Source: the human T2T-CHM13v2.0 reference genome, Homo sapiens. From it: a stretch of DNA of 64,000 nucleotides. The notes under the pieces were generated by a model. The model saw only the letters and a list, made by a program, of their open reading frames with translations, did not search any database and was not told where the DNA came from. Both the position numbers and the translations under genes were made by a program. This document shows, piece after piece, positions 61,530 through 64,000 of the stretch. The stretch is taken from NCBI RefSeq assembly GCF_009914755.1, contig NC_060932.1; one strand, 5' to 3'. Numbering within the stretch: position 1 is the first letter of the stretch; each line of letters begins with the position of its first letter.

Positions 61530-61720
61530 TCAGGCACTGATTCTAAGTGTTTATGTGTACAATTCAAGAAATTATCACAATAGCTTTTTCAGATAAGTAC
61601 TATAATTCTCATTTTGCAGATGAAGCAACAGAATCATAGATAAAATTAAGTAATTTGGCCAAGTTCTCACAGCTAATAAGTAGAGGAGCCTGGATTTAAA
61701 TCCATGGACTCTGACTCCGT
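61530..61720 (-). mobile_element. MIR
   Basis: CATTTTGCAGATGAAGCAACAGA...TAAGTAATTTGGCCAAGTTCTCACAGCTAATAAGT. Confidence 0.7.
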
Positions 61721-62683
61721 AAGTCTGTATCAAATATGTAAGTGTCACAAGGGAAAGATAAGGTTCTTAAAACCTCCATCAAGCAGTCAGATGTTCAGGA
61801 AATGATACACTCCTTGGGAGTTGAACTAAATCTTTTGGATACAAAAATCTGATTTTAGGCAGTATCTTAGAATTTTGCAGGTAAAAATGACAGGTCACAG
61901 AGAAAGGTTTTAATTTGTACAGTGCTACCATCACATATGTGAAGCCATTTGTGTTTTTTTAATGCTGTTGTAGATAAGGAAGAAAGTGAAGAGTTGTCCA
62001 AGGTCACACAGCTCCTAGGTGATCTTCCTGATATCCTTGTTTGTTGTACTTAACAACCTAGGATTTCTTTGAGTCCAGAAGCATTCACTGAGCTGACATT
62101 TCATTGATGCCCTGAATCAGATTCAGCTAGAAACCACATGCACAGACAGCCGAAGTGTTTGAAGGAAAATCTGTCAATCAGTTAATAAGGTGGGAACTGA
62201 GTTTCAAAGAAAAAATTCTAAATGTTCTAAGCTGTTTGGTGAGCCAGTTTAGAATGCCTTTATACCCTTTTAATCTTTGTGTTGAGAATAAACTTGCCCT
62301 TTCTAACAGAAGTCAGCAGTTCATGTTGTCATATATCAGCCATACTGAGAAATCAGGGGTTGGTAGAGTTTTAAAAAGCATTAAAACAGCAACTGTATTA
62401 TTTTGAAAATAAGCCAAAGGATTAACTTAATCTGTTGCCCAGAAACACAAGTGAAAGAGAAACACAAGTGAAAGACATTTTTTAATCTTTTGCCATATCA
62501 TATAGCAAACTAGAAGAAAACTGAACTTGGGAGGGAAATAGGCCAGCCACTCAACCTTCCAGCAATTATTAGGAAATTAAACAAGAACTCTTAAAGTAAA
62601 TGTCCTGCTATTTTCTCATTGAAAGGGGAAAGTCTGTTGCTCTCATGGAGGTTTACATTTTAATGCTCTTTCACTCATTTTAG

Positions 62684-62950
62684 ATATTGCTTGGATGACC
62701 GAAAAGCTTTGGAAAGAGATGGAGGATTTTCTGAACTTCAGTCTCGTCTTATTCGTTATGAAACTCAAACTACCTGCACCAGAGAAAGTTTTCCAGTACC
62801 TACTGTGTTGAGCCCTCTTCCATCTCCTGTAGTTTCGTCAGATCCTGGAAGTGTCCCTGACGGAGAAGTTTTACAAAATGAACTTCGAACTGAAGTATCC
62901 CGATTGAAACGGAGATCTAAAGATCTGAATTGCCTTTATCCCAGAAAAAG
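62684..62950 (+). CDS. MTBP: MTBP exon 18 (267 nt; [28 protein letters not shown]...LSPLPSP...[16 protein letters not shown](R))
   Basis: cattttag|ATAT...AAAAG|gtgata; overlaps track ORF 62691..62954; has TQ, SP and basic NLS-like motifs. Confidence 0.95.
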
Positions 62951-64000
62951 GTGATATATTACATGCACATAAATAGTATATTGACAGAAAGTATTTTAGT
63001 CTCGAGGATTTTTATTTTATTTTATATTAGTCTTTCAGGTTAATTTCTTCATGGCAAGAAGTTTGTTTTATGAGCTGTTGATAATTTTGCTTATAAGTTA
63101 TAAAAATAAATGATTTGGGAAAAAAACACAGTTTCTTGCTTTATATGCTAATATACAGTCCATTAGCACAATGGATTGTAAAGTTTTTAAGCCATGGAAC
63201 AGTGGAGATTTCACCCCATAGATTAAGCTGCTGAGCTGCCCTGTTGAAGAGACTGTTTGGGGATGGGAGTTCTCCCATTAGCTCTTCCTTTCCTTTCCCC
63301 TCAGTTTCCTGCCTGCATTGTTCCCTTGAGCAAGAGATTCCATGAGGTACCATTTTTAAAACACCTGTTACATATAAAATATAGCTTTAAACACTGCATA
63401 ATGATAGAATATATGAAACTTTTCTGGATGCGTTAGTTTGCTAACTAAATGAAATATCCAGATACTTGATCAGAAGTTAGAAGTTTATGTAGTGAACACT
63501 AATTTTTATTGAATTTATGTTATCTTTAGAACCTTTGTCAAACTTAGGTTCTTGGCATCTAAAGCAAGGCTTGAATTCTTATTGTATTTAAACCTTGCAA
63601 AAAGTATGAACTATATGAAAACATAACTTTCAGATCTTTTTTTGAATAGTTAAAAAAGTTAGAATAAGGTTACCCTGATATGGAAGAACTCAGTCATTTT
63701 TATGAGGACTTTATAAATTCATGGTACTTTTTATACCTGATAAAATTAAAAAGCAGCAGTTACATTTGGGGTACTATATTTATAGCCATATTTCTTATTT
63801 CTGACCTATGGCTAATAAAAATATATGTGTTCCTAAAAGGAATGTATACTGTGGCTTCTGGGTCAGCAGAATTGAGGGCTATAAGACCCTATCTTGTAAA
63901 GGGAAAAATTTGGGCCTTGTCAGGAACAAATGTAAACATTTTAGGAAGATTGAAGTATGAACCAGTTTTATAGTTTATTTGTATTTGTTTTAACACTATG

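Overview
Human/primate genomic DNA (AT-rich, Alu/L1-rich) lying wholly inside the MTBP gene (MDM2-binding protein, the metazoan Sld7 counterpart and Treslin/TICRR partner) on the + strand. Fourteen consecutive internal coding exons (recalled numbering 5-18, about aa 142-749) splice into one uninterrupted reading frame; start and stop codons lie outside the window. The introns hold about 17 Alu insertions, several L1 pieces, a near full-length decayed Hsmar1 mariner split by an Alu, MER2, MER3, MER5A, MaLR/ERV LTRs, MIR and L2. Most ORFs in the track are Alu, L1 or Hsmar1 artefacts or chance ORFs. I see no new protein-coding system. The most interesting signal is the splicing architecture: a U12-type intron just after the Treslin-binding motif, with two predicted in-frame major-spliceosome bypass routes, a 181-nt AG-exclusion zone before exon 16, a candidate poison micro-exon before exon 15 and several antisense Alus with complete splice sites. 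Gene identity, residue and exon numbering and repeat subfamilies come from recall, not from database searches.
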